64,000 nt of DNA from an uncultured Clostridia bacterium. Its GTDB lineage: Bacteria; Bacillota; Clostridia; Oscillospirales; Acutalibacteraceae. Location of the stretch: assembly GCA_937898625.1 (NCBI GenBank), contig CALEJF010000040.1, positions 11,278-75,277 on the forward strand, given 5' to 3'. Both the position numbers and the translations under genes were made by a program. Positions 34,137 through 43,972 of this stretch are shown here, one piece after another. A model generated the notes under the pieces. It was not told the origin of the DNA and did no database searches. It was given only the letters and a program-made list of their open reading frames with translations. Each line of letters starts with the position of its first letter. Position 1 is the first letter of the stretch.

Positions 34137-36764
34137 TTAAAAAAGTTTACTTGCGCTGATAATTTCCTCGTTTGTGACTTTGCCAGTTGGAATTGCGTTT
34201 ACTGATTTGATTGCTTCAGCAGTTAAATCACTATATGGTGAATTGAGTTTGCTGTTTACATACTCTGCAAGACTTTCACTCTTAAAGATTGCTTTTTGCT
34301 TTCTTTCATTACCATACTTGTCGAAGAATATTCCATTTTCGTAATATGCTGGAGTTTCTATTACTTTTTCAAAACTACCATTGTACTGTGGAATGTTGAG
34401 TTTTGAAATTGCATAATAGTTTGCATCTGTTTCCTTTGCAGTTGTATATATCTCTTTATTATTTTCTTCCGCATATTTTTTTAGTACAAATGCAGTTTCA
34501 GTTGAAACTTTACCGTTAATTACGATTGTATCAAGGTTGAGTATTTCATCGAAATCAGTTGTTTGCGATTGCTCGTTAAGAACACCGAAACGACCACCTT
34601 TACAGAGGATTCCGTTATTTACAGGTAATGCTCGGGTTACAGTTGAGCCGATATAACGATAATCAATATCACAAAGGTTAGAACAGTTTGTGCAAATGCT
34701 CTTAACTGAGTTTTCTTTAACGGGAACGCTCTTTGTAAATGATGTTTTTTCTCGGAGTGCACCAGTCGGGCAAAGTGCAACGCATTGACCACAAGCAATA
34801 CATTCGGTTTCTTTGAGATGTTTTGAGAGTTCAGGCTCAACAAGAGTATTGAAACCACGGTTAATAAGTCCGATTGCAGACTTGCCCATAACTTCTTCAC
34901 AAACTCTTACACAAAGACCGCAGAGAATACATTTATCCGTATTTCTCGCAATTAAATCGTTTGCGTTTTCTTGGTTTCTGTTGTGTTTCTCCCCTGCAAA
35001 TCTTGATGGTTTAACATCATAATCATTTGCATAAGAAATAAGTTTACATTCAAAGTAATCGTGACAACCACATTCAAGACAACGGTTTGCTTCTTTTTTT
35101 GCAATTTCTTCGCTGAAACCGAAATTAACTTCCTTAAAGTTTGTTTTTCTGTCAGCAGGACTCATATGTGGCATTTTGGCTCTTGGTGATTTTTCAAATT
35201 TTGAATAGTCAATTGCCTTGCTATCCTGTTCAACAAAATATGGCTTTTTGTAGCCTACTGTTTCACCATTCAAGTATCTATCAATTACAACAGATGCTTT
35301 TTGTGCCTCACCAATTGCAGCAATTGCAATATCAGCACCCTTATTTGTAGCATCACCAACTGCAAATACACCATCAACTGATGTTGTAAATCTGCTTTCA
35401 TCTGCTGAAATAGTGTTTTTGCGTGTTGCTTCAAGAGTTTCAAATCCATTAAGATTTGGATACTGGCCGATTGCCATAATTACACTGTCAAGGGCGATTT
35501 CTTCGGTTTCACCCTCAATGGCAACAGGTCTTCTTCTGCCACTTTCATCAGGCTCACCAAGTTCCATTTTTTGCAAGATAACTCCGTTGAGTTTTCCATT
35601 TTCCCCTGTAAATTCAATAGGATTTGTAAGGTATTTATAAATAACGCCCTCTTCTTCTGACTCAAGAATTTCCTGTGGGTCAGCAGGCATTTCGTCCTTT
35701 GTACGACGATAAATAACATACACATTTTCTGCACCAAGGCGAACTGCAACACGGCAAGCATCCATAGCGGTATTACCACCACCGCAAACTGCAACATTTT
35801 TGCCGATTTCGGGTTTGTTTCCAAGGGCAACCTCGCGAAGAAAGTCGATACCACCCCATACACCGTCCAAATCTTCACCTTGAACTCGCATTTTACTGCT
35901 ATTCCAAGCACCGATAGCAACAAGTGTAGCATCGTGGTCTTCTTTGATTTCTTCAAATAAAATATCCTTGCCAATTTTTACATTATTCTTGAGTATTACG
36001 CCCATATCTTCAATGAGTTTAATCTCTTTATCTAAAACTGCTTTTGGAAGACGGTATTCAGGGATACCGTAACGAAGCATACCGCCCATTTTTGGCATCT
36101 GCTCAAAAATTGTTACACTATGGCCTTGTTTACGAAGGAAATACGCCGCTGTAAGACCAGCAGGACCACCACCGATAATTGCAACCTTTTTATTTGTATC
36201 AGGTTCAATTGCAGGGACATAAGTATCACCCAACAAGTCCATATCCCCTACGAAGCCTTTAAGGAATGCAATTGAAATTGGTTCGTCAACATACTGTCTG
36301 CGACACTGCTTTTCACAAGGATGAGGACAAATTCTACCGATTGATGCAGGTAAAGGCAACTTTTCTTTAATAAGTTTAACTGCTTCTCTATATTCACCAT
36401 TTGCAATAAGACCAACATAACCCTGACAATCTGTTCCTGCAGGGCAAGCCTTGCTACAAGGTGCAACGCAATCACCGGTATGGTCGGAGAGCAAAAGTTC
36501 AAGTGCAACTTTACGAGAAGCCTTGATTCTTTCTGTCTGTGTATGAACTACCATACCATCAGCCACTTTTGTTGAACAAGCTCGAAGAAGTTTTGGGTTA
36601 CCCTCTACCTCAACTGTACAAAGTCCGCAAGCACCGTAAAGTTCTACCCTGCCATCATAACAGAGATTCGGAATCTTAATTCCATTCTGTGTAGCAACAT
36701 TGAGTATTGTTGAGCCTTCTTCTGCAATTATCTTTTTACCATCAATAGTTAATGTAATACTCAA
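34137..36764 (-). CDS. Multidomain iron-sulfur flavoprotein: N-terminal [2Fe-2S]/NuoG-like Fe-S, GltD/NfnB-like NAD(P)H-FAD module, 2x[4Fe-4S], and a degenerate molybdopterin-oxidoreductase-type remnant
   Basis: 875 aa. Motifs: CYDGRVELYGACGLC; HTGDCVAPC; VAIIGGGPAGL and VCGGGNTAMD (GltD dinucleotide folds); CILCGLCVRVC and CIACGQCVALCP; then CTNCSNLCD...LCKGGRFG. No H-cluster motifs. TTG start after GGAGGTG. Confidence 0.75.
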   Translation of the reverse strand: MSITLTIDGKKIIAEEGSTILNVATQNGIKIPNLCYDGRVELYGACGLCTVEVEGNPKLLRACSTKVADGMVVHTQTERIKASRKVALELLLSDHTGDCVAPCSKACPAGTDCQGYVGLIANGEYREAVKLIKEKLPLPASIGRICPHPCEKQCRRQYVDEPISIAFLKGFVGDMDLLGDTYVPAIEPDTNKKVAIIGGGPAGLTAAYFLRKQGHSVTIFEQMPKMGGMLRYGIPEYRLPKAVLDKEIKLIEDMGVILKNNVKIGKDILFEEIKEDHDATLVAIGAWNSSKMRVQGEDLDGVWGGIDFLREVALGNKPEIGKNVAVCGGGNTAMDACRVAVRLGAENVYVIYRRTKDEMPADPQEILESEEEGVIYKYLTNPIEFTGENGKLNGVILQKMELGEPDESGRRRPVAIEGETEEIALDSVIMAIGQYPNLNGFETLEATRKNTISADESRFTTSVDGVFAVGDATNKGADIAIAAIGEAQKASVVIDRYLNGETVGYKKPYFVEQDSKAIDYSKFEKSPRAKMPHMSPADRKTNFKEVNFGFSEEIAKKEANRCLECGCHDYFECKLISYANDYDVKPSRFAGEKHNRNQENANDLIARNTDKCILCGLCVRVCEEVMGKSAIGLINRGFNTLVEPELSKHLKETECIACGQCVALCPTGALREKTSFTKSVPVKENSVKSICTNCSNLCDIDYRYIGSTVTRALPVNNGILCKGGRFGVLNEQSQTTDFDEILNLDTIVINGKVSTETAFVLKKYAEENNKEIYTTAKETDANYYAISKLNIPQYNGSFEKVIETPAYYENGIFFDKYGNERKQKAIFKSESLAEYVNSKLNSPYSDLTAEAIKSVNAIPTGKVTNEEIISASKLF

Positions 36765-38510
36765 TTATTTCACCTCCACAGCATTGAAACGGCAAACTGA
36801 TACGCAGTTTCCACATTTAATACATTTTTCCACATCAATAATATGGGGATTTTTAACTGTTCCGCTGATAGCACCAACAGGACATTTTTTAGCACACAAT
36901 GTACAACCTTTACAAGCCTCTGCGTTGATTTGGTAACGAAGAAGATTTGTACACTCGTGAGCAGTACATTTTTTCTCAACAATATGCTCAAGATATTCGT
37001 TTTTAAAGTATTTAAGTGTTGTAAGGACAGGGTTTGGTGCAGTCTGGCCAAGTCCACAAAGTGCACCATCTTTAATTGCAAGACAAAGTTCTTCCAAAAG
37101 TTCAATGTCTTCTTCCTTGCCGTTACCCTCTGTAATTCTTGTGAGAATTTCAAGCATTCTCTTTGTGCCAAGACGACAATGAACACATTTACCACATGAT
37201 TCTTTTGCAGTAAAATCAAGGAAGAAACGAGCCATTTCTACCATGCAAGTGCTATCGTCCATAACAACCATACCACCTGAGCCCATAATAGCCCCCGTAG
37301 CTGAAAGTGCTTTATAATCAATTACAGTGTCAAGCAATTCGGCAGGAATACAACCACCCGATGGTCCACCCATTTGAACGGCTTTGAAGTTTTTATCGTT
37401 TTTAATACCGCCACCAATGTCAAAAATAACATCACGGAGAGTTTTACCCATTGGGATTTCAACAAGTCCACCACGCTTGATTTTACCTGTAAGTGCAAAA
37501 ACCTTTGTACCCTTGCTGTTTTCAGTGCCCATTGATGAGAAAGCATTTCCACCATTGAGAATAATCCAACTGACATTTGCAAATGTTTCAACATTATTGA
37601 TATTTGATGGTTTATGCCAATATCCTGACTGTGCAGGGAACGGCGGTTTAAGTCTTGGCATACCGCGAGAGCCTTCAAGTGACTCAATAAGTGCAGTTTC
37701 TTCACCGCAAACAAATGCACCTGCACCTGCTTTTATACGAAAATCGCAAGAAAAGTCTGTACCCATTATGTTTTGACCTATATACCCTTTGGCTTTTGCT
37801 TGGTCAATAGCATTTTGAAGTCTTTTAATTGCAAGTGGGTACTCGGCACGAACATAAACGATTGCTTCACTTGCACCGATGGCATAAGCACCTATGAGCA
37901 TACCCTCGATAAGATTGTGGGGGTCGCCCTCAATAACGGCTCTGTCCATAAATGCTCCCGGGTCACCCTCGTCCGCATTACAGATAAGATATTTCTTTTC
38001 ACCTTGTGACTGACGGGCAGCATTCCACTTAAACCAAGTGGGGAAACCTGCACCGCCACGACCAGCAAGACCTGAAATCTTGATTTCTTCAATTACATCT
38101 TCAGGTGACATTGTAGTTAATACTTTGTTGAGCGCCTTATAGCCGTCATCCTTGGTATAATCTTCAATAAGTTCAGGGTTGATAACACCACAATGGCGAA
38201 GTGCAATTCTTGTTTGCTTATCTAAAAATTGTTTATCATCGTCGGAGATTTCATATTCTTTAGCCGATGCTAAATCGTTGTTATTAACTGCAACTGCAAT
38301 TTTTTCTGCAATTTCACCAGTTACTTTTACAAATCTGTGGAGTCCATCGTGTGCGTAAACATCAACAATAGGCTCAAGGTAACACATACCGATACAACCT
38401 GTAACTGTAAGTTGATTTTCACTTAAATCAAGGGTTGAATTTAATACATCATAGGCTTTTTGTGCACCTGCAGCGATACCGCAACTGCCCTGACCAACTG
38501 CAATTTTCAT
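36765..38510 (-). CDS. NuoF/HydB-like NADH-binding FMN Fe-S flavoprotein subunit
   Basis: GLAGRGGAGFPT (FMN/NADH site), SCGKCVHCR (N3-type cluster), and C-terminal 2x[4Fe-4S] CKGCTLCAKKCP / CIKCGNCVSVC. Confidence 0.88.
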   Translation of the reverse strand: MKIAVGQGSCGIAAGAQKAYDVLNSTLDLSENQLTVTGCIGMCYLEPIVDVYAHDGLHRFVKVTGEIAEKIAVAVNNNDLASAKEYEISDDDKQFLDKQTRIALRHCGVINPELIEDYTKDDGYKALNKVLTTMSPEDVIEEIKISGLAGRGGAGFPTWFKWNAARQSQGEKKYLICNADEGDPGAFMDRAVIEGDPHNLIEGMLIGAYAIGASEAIVYVRAEYPLAIKRLQNAIDQAKAKGYIGQNIMGTDFSCDFRIKAGAGAFVCGEETALIESLEGSRGMPRLKPPFPAQSGYWHKPSNINNVETFANVSWIILNGGNAFSSMGTENSKGTKVFALTGKIKRGGLVEIPMGKTLRDVIFDIGGGIKNDKNFKAVQMGGPSGGCIPAELLDTVIDYKALSATGAIMGSGGMVVMDDSTCMVEMARFFLDFTAKESCGKCVHCRLGTKRMLEILTRITEGNGKEEDIELLEELCLAIKDGALCGLGQTAPNPVLTTLKYFKNEYLEHIVEKKCTAHECTNLLRYQINAEACKGCTLCAKKCPVGAISGTVKNPHIIDVEKCIKCGNCVSVCRFNAVEVK

Positions 38511-39007
38511 TATTCTTCCTCCCCTGCTTTTTCTTGTAATTCTTTAAAGATTGACACAGCTTTTTCAGGTGTTAATGAACCATATGTATCATCATTTATC
38601 ATCATTACAGGTGACAAACTGCAACAACCAAGGCAAGCAACATTTTTAAGGGTAAAAAGACCGTCTTCTGTTGTTTCTCCGTCTTTAATACCTAAATAAT
38701 CGTTAATTACCTTTTCAATCTGTAATGAGCCGTTAACATGGCAAGCAGTACCTTGACAAAGCATAATAAGATACTTACCAACCGGCTGTAATCTGAACTG
38801 TGAATAGAATGTTGCAACACCCATTATTTTTGTGACCTTAACTCCAGTTCTTTGGGAAATATGTAAAATTACATCAACGGGCAAATAGCCATAAATCTCC
38901 TGCGCATTCTGTAATATTGTAATAAGACTTCCCGGAACAGTTGCATATTTTTGCAAACAAGGTTCAAGAAGTGAGAAATCATTTGTGTTCTGACAGTTAC
39001 AACTCAT
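38510..39007 (-). CDS. NuoE/HydC-like thioredoxin-fold [2Fe-2S] subunit
   Basis: CQGTACH...CLGCC motif. Start at MSCNCQ, 6 nt after GGAGG. Its stop overlaps the next ATG. Confidence 0.85.
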   Translation of the reverse strand: MSCNCQNTNDFSLLEPCLQKYATVPGSLITILQNAQEIYGYLPVDVILHISQRTGVKVTKIMGVATFYSQFRLQPVGKYLIMLCQGTACHVNGSLQIEKVINDYLGIKDGETTEDGLFTLKNVACLGCCSLSPVMMINDDTYGSLTPEKAVSIFKELQEKAGEEE

Positions 39008-39158
39008 ATGTAAACCTCCGTATAAAAACCTATCATATATCATAATACAAAATGCGTTATTTTTCAAATATAAAATACTGTAAAATTGTAAAAAAATATC
39101 GACTTTACACCTAAAAGAGTATATAATATTAACAATAAAAATGAATTGAGGAATTATA

Positions 39159-39839
39159 TTGAGAAAATATTTATATGAAATGCATTTTCATACAAAAAAT
39201 ACAAGCAACTGTGCCAATGTACCTGCGGAAATTGCAGTTGAGGAATACATCAAGGCTGGTTATGACGGAATCGTTGTAACTGACCATTTAAGCCCGTCAA
39301 CATATATGAAATACGGTCGTGAATTATTGCCTTGGAAGAAGAAAGTGGAATTCTTTTTACGCGGATATAAAGAAGCAAAGAAAACTGCAAACGGCAGAAT
39401 CCCTGTACTTTTGGGTATGGAACTTCGCTTTAGAACAAGCGAAGGTGAAAATGATTATCTTGTTTATGGTATAAACGAAGATTTTCTCTATAACACACCT
39501 GATTTGCTTAATTTGAACAGCAGAACTTTTTATGAGTTGGCTCAGGCTAATAATTTGCTTGTTTTTCAGGCACATCCTTTTAGGGTTGGAATGAAGGTTA
39601 CAAACCCGAAATATCTTGACGGAGTTGAAGTTTTTAATGGAAACCCGCGACACAATTCGAGCAACGATATTGCTGAAATGTGGGCAAAAAAATATGACCT
39701 AATGGTCACATCAGGGTCCGACTATCACGAAATTGAAGATTTAGGCACAGGTGGAATTTGGTTTAACAAGGAAATTAAAGATAATAAAACTTTAATTGAA
39801 GAATTGTTGAAAAAAGAATATGAATTAAAGAAACCATAA
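39159..39839 (+). CDS. PHP (polymerase/histidinol phosphatase) domain metal-dependent phosphoesterase
   Basis: EMHFHTKNTSNC and VTDH motifs. TTG start 7 nt after GAGGA. Confidence 0.7.
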   Translation: MRKYLYEMHFHTKNTSNCANVPAEIAVEEYIKAGYDGIVVTDHLSPSTYMKYGRELLPWKKKVEFFLRGYKEAKKTANGRIPVLLGMELRFRTSEGENDYLVYGINEDFLYNTPDLLNLNSRTFYELAQANNLLVFQAHPFRVGMKVTNPKYLDGVEVFNGNPRHNSSNDIAEMWAKKYDLMVTSGSDYHEIEDLGTGGIWFNKEIKDNKTLIEELLKKEYELKKP

Positions 39840-39844
39840 AGAAA

Positions 39845-39876
39845 AAGGTCTGCATTGATTTGCAGACCTTATTTTT
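39845..39876. terminator. Bidirectional terminator between the PHP and metallophosphoesterase genes
   Basis: AAGGTCTGCA-TTGATT-TGCAGACCTT followed by ATTTTTA. Confidence 0.8.
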
Positions 39877-40915
39877 ACGCCTCAACCTTTGAAAATTCGT
39901 ACATTTTTTGTGGGTTTGTTTCTGTTACATCAATTACAGTTAAAGTACATGATGGAATCATATCGTCAGGATGTGATGCATTGTAGCCACTCACACTACT
40001 CAACTGATAATATCTGCCATTATAAAAATGACACATATTATTACTGTGAACATGACCAATAGAAATGAGGGAAATATACTCATTATCGGCAGTCATATCA
40101 TCAAAAAGTTTATTCTCCTTGATATTGTCCAGCTCATAAACATAAGCTGACGGGAAACCGTCGTATCCCTCGCCATTTTCATAAGCTGTTTTAAATGCAG
40201 GTGTATTCATATGGAAGAATACACTTGTTTTTACTTTTCTTTCATTAATTCCTTTGAGTAGCCAATTGATTTGATTTTCTTTTATGTAATCGTACTCACC
40301 TATTGCCTTGACTGTTCTTGCGTTAGAGTCCATAAATGCAAGAGAATGTGCTAATTCTCCATTATATTCAAGGTCAATAAAGAATTGCATATCACCATCA
40401 ATGTTTTCTTCATTACCATAAACAAAGTTTTTATACTGCATTAAATATGCAATTAAATCTTCATTTTCACCATCAATCTCTCCGTCATTATTACCAGGCA
40501 AGAAAGTCCAAGGTATATTATAGTTGTCAACAAGGTCAGCAAAAATTTTTGCTGCACCATATTTATCATAATTAGAAACAAGGTTGAAGCCGTCAATCAT
40601 ATCGCCATTGACAACAATAAAATCACAAGGAGTAACATCAAGAATAATTTCTAAAGCCGACATAGTTTTAGCATCGTTTTCACAAGTACCGTTAAAAAAA
40701 TGTGTATCGTTAATTTTGAGAACAACAAATTCACCGTCATCGCCTACATCATAAGTGATTTGCTCTTGGTTATAAATTTCTTCGTAGCTGTGAGCAAGGT
40801 CTTTAGGTGCATTGAAGTTAAAACGATATAATATGTAGCCACCAAATGAGCCACCACAGACCAAAACAACAGCAAGAATAATTGCTATTATTTTAAATAT
40901 TTTCTTTTTTATCAT
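39875..40915 (-). CDS. Membrane-anchored calcineurin-like metallophosphoesterase
   Basis: N-terminal TM segment IIAIILAVVLVCGG. GDMIDG, PGNNDGE and IGHVH motifs. Start at MIKKKIF after AGGAG. Confidence 0.78.
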   Translation of the reverse strand: MIKKKIFKIIAIILAVVLVCGGSFGGYILYRFNFNAPKDLAHSYEEIYNQEQITYDVGDDGEFVVLKINDTHFFNGTCENDAKTMSALEIILDVTPCDFIVVNGDMIDGFNLVSNYDKYGAAKIFADLVDNYNIPWTFLPGNNDGEIDGENEDLIAYLMQYKNFVYGNEENIDGDMQFFIDLEYNGELAHSLAFMDSNARTVKAIGEYDYIKENQINWLLKGINERKVKTSVFFHMNTPAFKTAYENGEGYDGFPSAYVYELDNIKENKLFDDMTADNEYISLISIGHVHSNNMCHFYNGRYYQLSSVSGYNASHPDDMIPSCTLTVIDVTETNPQKMYEFSKVEA

Positions 40916-40984
40916 ATTCATTCTCCTTTCGGGTATCATAATGAAAATATATCACAAATTGAGATTATTGTCAATATCTCGTAC

Positions 40985-41007
40985 TGTGATAATGTAAAAT
41001 TATCACA
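40985..41007. promoter_or_regulatory. Perfect 9-5-9 palindrome TGTGATAAT-GTAAA-ATTATCACA, a candidate operator for the adjacent small XRE repressor
   Basis: It lies 10 nt upstream of the 41018 ATG, next to the RBS AAGGTG. An extra half-site TATCACA is present at about 40949-40955. Confidence 0.55.
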
Positions 41008-41017
41008 AGGTGATTTT

Positions 41018-41221
41018 ATGAGATTAAAAGACTTGAGAGAAGATAATGATTTGAAGCAAAAGCAACTTGCAGAATATCTTAATATAAAGCAAAATACCTA
41101 TTCACAATATGAAAATGGTAAGCGTGAAATTCCAATTGAAATGCTTTGGAAATTAGCTGATTTTTATAATACAAGTGTTGATTATATCATTGGTAGAACT
41201 GATAACCCTACAGGATTTTAG
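41018..41221 (+). CDS. Small XRE-family HTH DNA-binding protein (67 aa)
   Basis: LKQKQLAEYLNIKQNTYSQYENGKREIP is a typical HTH_3 sequence. Confidence 0.85.
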   Translation: MRLKDLREDNDLKQKQLAEYLNIKQNTYSQYENGKREIPIEMLWKLADFYNTSVDYIIGRTDNPTGF

Positions 41222-41229
41222 ATTTTTGT

Positions 41230-41258
41230 AACCACTCGCAACTGCGAGTGGTTTTTTC
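41230..41258 (+). terminator. Terminator of the small XRE gene
   Basis: AACCACTCGCA-ACT-GCGAGTGGTT followed by TTTTCTC. Confidence 0.8.
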
Positions 41259-41280
41259 TCTCCCTCAATCTTTTTCTGCG

Positions 41281-41309
41281 AAAAAGACAGCTCCCTCGTC
41301 AGAGGGAGC
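41281..41309 (-). terminator. Terminator of the transketolase operon
   Basis: On the minus strand: GCTCCCTC-TGAC-GAGGGAGC followed by TGTCTTTTT. Confidence 0.65.
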
Positions 41310-41323
41310 CGAGAATAGTTGGA

Positions 41324-42271
41324 TTATTTTTTAAGTGCAACTGCTTGTTTGCATTTTGCAACGATGTTTGCTGCGTCAAGTCCGAACTCGTGGAGAAGCT
41401 GTACTGCCGGACCTGATTTACCGAATGTATCTTCAACACCTACACGAAGTACGGGAACAGGAACTGTTTCACAAACTACTTCTGCAACTGCTGAACCGAG
41501 GCCACCGATTACATTATGTTCTTCTGCAGTTACGATAACTCCTGTTTTCTTTGCAGATTCAATTACAAGTTCACGGTCAATAGGCTTAATTGTTGCCATA
41601 TTAACAACTCTTGCATTGATGCCTTCTTCTTTAAGTGTTTCGTAAGCCATAAGTGCTTCGTTAACCATAAGACCTGTTGCGATGATTGTTACATCGTCAC
41701 CCTCTTTAAGAACAGAGCCTTTACCGATTTCAAACTTATAGTTTTCGTCAAATACTCTTGGCACTGCAAGACGACCAAATCGCATATAAACCGGTCCTTC
41801 GTGCTCTGCTGCAGCAAGGACACAAAGTCTTGCTTCAACATCATCGGCAGGGTTGAGAATTACCATATTTGGAATTGTTCTCATAAGACCGATATCTTCG
41901 CAACATTGATGGCTTGCACCATCTTCACCAACAGAGATACCTGCGTGAGTTGCACCGATTTTAACATTAAGATTTGTATAGCTGATTGAATTTCTAACCT
42001 GCTCAAAAGCACGACCTGCTGCGAACATTGCGAATGATGATGCAAAAACTGTATATCCTGCACTTGCAAGACCAGCAGCAACGCCCATCATATTGCCTTC
42101 TGCAATACCACAGTCAATGAATTTTTCAGGGTGCTCTTTTTTGAACATACCTGTTTTTGTTGCAGCAGCCAAGTCTGCATCAAGAACAAGGATTTTAGCG
42201 TCTGTATTACCTAATTCAACAAGTGCTTTACCATAAGCATCACGAGTTGCTGTTTTAATTACTTCGCTCAT
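41324..42271 (-). CDS. Transketolase, C-terminal (pyrimidine-binding) subunit
   Basis: MSEVIKTATRDAYG... and GEDGASHQ motif. ATG after GGAGGG. Confidence 0.92.
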   Translation of the reverse strand: MSEVIKTATRDAYGKALVELGNTDAKILVLDADLAAATKTGMFKKEHPEKFIDCGIAEGNMMGVAAGLASAGYTVFASSFAMFAAGRAFEQVRNSISYTNLNVKIGATHAGISVGEDGASHQCCEDIGLMRTIPNMVILNPADDVEARLCVLAAAEHEGPVYMRFGRLAVPRVFDENYKFEIGKGSVLKEGDDVTIIATGLMVNEALMAYETLKEEGINARVVNMATIKPIDRELVIESAKKTGVIVTAEEHNVIGGLGSAVAEVVCETVPVPVLRVGVEDTFGKSGPAVQLLHEFGLDAANIVAKCKQAVALKK

Positions 42272-42272
42272 T

Positions 42273-43118
42273 TTATACACCCTCCAATTCATTAAGTTTT
42301 GCAGTAAGCTCTGCTACTGCCTGATTATAAAGTTCTTCATTTGGAGCTGCACCGTGCCAGTTAACCTGATTTTCCATATAGGAAACTCCTTTGCCTTTAA
42401 CTGTTTTTGCTACGATTGCAGTGGGCTTGCCCTTACAAGCCTTTGCTGCTTCAAATGCACTTTCAATTTCATCAAGATTATTACCATCAATTTCAATTGT
42501 ATTGAAACCAAATGCAGTAAACTTTTCAGGGATTGGGTATGGTGAGTTAACTTCTTCAACAGTACCGTCAATCTGAAGATTGTTGTTATCAACAACTACT
42601 ACAAGGTTATCAAGTTTCTTTGCATTAGCAAACATTGCTGCTTCCCAAACCTGACCTTCTTCGATTTCACCGTCACCAAGGATTGTATAAACTCTGTAAT
42701 CCTTATTGTCAAGTTTTGCGGCAAGTGCCATACCAACTGCTGCAGAAACGCCCTGACCGAGTGAGCCTGTACTCATATCAACACCGGGAACACATTTCAT
42801 ACTTGGATGTCCCTGAAGATAAGAATCTGCTTTACGAAGTGTTTTCATATCCTCTGTTGGGAAAAATCCTTTAAGTGCAAGAGTTGCATAAAGAGCAGGT
42901 GCAGCGTGTCCTTTTGAAAGAACAAATCTGTCACGGTCTTCCCATTTTGGGTTAGACGCATCAATCTTCATCTCTACATTATAAAGATAAGCCATAAGTT
43001 CAGCAATTGAAAGTGATCCACCCGGATGACCCGCTTTTGCATTGAAAATTCCCTCTAACAAGAGAAGTCTTTCTTTTGTTGCAAAAATCTCAAGTTCCTT
43101 TTTCAAAGAAGCATTCAT
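42273..43118 (-). CDS. Transketolase, N-terminal (TPP-binding) subunit
   Basis: GHPGGSLS, LSKGHAAPALY and GDGEIEEGQVWEA motifs. Confidence 0.92.
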   Translation of the reverse strand: MNASLKKELEIFATKERLLLLEGIFNAKAGHPGGSLSIAELMAYLYNVEMKIDASNPKWEDRDRFVLSKGHAAPALYATLALKGFFPTEDMKTLRKADSYLQGHPSMKCVPGVDMSTGSLGQGVSAAVGMALAAKLDNKDYRVYTILGDGEIEEGQVWEAAMFANAKKLDNLVVVVDNNNLQIDGTVEEVNSPYPIPEKFTAFGFNTIEIDGNNLDEIESAFEAAKACKGKPTAIVAKTVKGKGVSYMENQVNWHGAAPNEELYNQAVAELTAKLNELEGV

Positions 43119-43136
43119 TTTTACTCCCCCTATTTT

Positions 43137-43958
43137 TTAATCATTCATTATGTATTCAAGCAAGTCCGCAACAGCACCTTTATTACAATGGCACGCATGG
43201 AATTTTGCAATTTCGTGCATTGCTTTTGGTGCTTGTCCGCAACATGCAGGAAGTCCAACTGTTTTTAGCATATCGTAATCGTTGAAATAATCACCGATTG
43301 CGGCAGTGTGTTTATGTTCAATGTTATACATATCTGCAATTCTCATAAGTGCAGTACCCTTATGCACGCCTTCATTAAGCATTTCAAAGGATGAAATTGA
43401 ACTTGACATAAAATTTGCCTTTGTATCAGTCAAGGTATCAACATACTTTCTGATTCTCTTAATTAAATCAGGCATACCAAGGAAAATAACCTTACCCCAA
43501 TTTTCTCTTGGGATTTCATCGGGATGTTTACAATTTTTATAATGTAATTTATCTGCTCTTACCATTACACGAGCAAAAATCTTTGAGTTAAGAGTATAAA
43601 TCATTTTATCCGTTAGGATTTCTATCTCAACAGCAGGAAAGCGCTCATAAATTTCAAAAACCAAATTAATAGCGTGTTCATTAATGGCATCAAAATGAAT
43701 CATTTTTTCCTGTGAATAATCGTATACCCCCGCACCATTAAGAATAACAGCAGGTGTTCCTGCAATTGGTAGTCTTTCATAGTGCTTTCTCATTGACTGA
43801 ACATTTCTGCCCGATGCCAATGTAAAATGACCGTTACACTCATTGACGAAACGACATATTGCCTCGTAGTTTCGTTTTGGTAATTGTCTAAACTTGTTGT
43901 TAAGTGTTCCGTCAATATCTGAAACAACAAGCCAATGTGACAAATCTTTATTAACCAT
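43137..43958 (-). CDS. Cof-type HAD-IIB family hydrolase
   Basis: VSDIDGTL at the N-terminus and a GDYFNDYDM C-terminal motif. Confidence 0.8.
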   Translation of the reverse strand: MVNKDLSHWLVVSDIDGTLNNKFRQLPKRNYEAICRFVNECNGHFTLASGRNVQSMRKHYERLPIAGTPAVILNGAGVYDYSQEKMIHFDAINEHAINLVFEIYERFPAVEIEILTDKMIYTLNSKIFARVMVRADKLHYKNCKHPDEIPRENWGKVIFLGMPDLIKRIRKYVDTLTDTKANFMSSSISSFEMLNEGVHKGTALMRIADMYNIEHKHTAAIGDYFNDYDMLKTVGLPACCGQAPKAMHEIAKFHACHCNKGAVADLLEYIMND

Positions 43959-43972
43959 CGCTCAACACCTCC

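Noticed and set aside
35480-35974. 164-aa same-strand alternative-frame ORF, plus other internal ORFs (34637-34900, 36248-36508) within the 875-aa gene
   Set aside because: The main frame carries continuous Fe-S and GltD motifs. The alternative frames have no motifs and no RBS.
41258-41309. Hairpins TCTTTTTC-TGC-GAAAAAGA and GCTCCCTC-GTCA-GAGGGAGC as a novel mobile repeat
   Set aside because: They lie between convergent genes, and the second is followed by a U-run on the minus strand, so ordinary convergent terminators explain them. Only the design similarity to the 55522-55541 hairpin is kept as a note.
41319-41989. Two + strand ORFs (108 and 157 aa) opposite the transketolase C-terminal subunit
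   Set aside because: They are antisense to a strongly conserved enzyme and are low-complexity Ser/Thr/Cys-rich translations.
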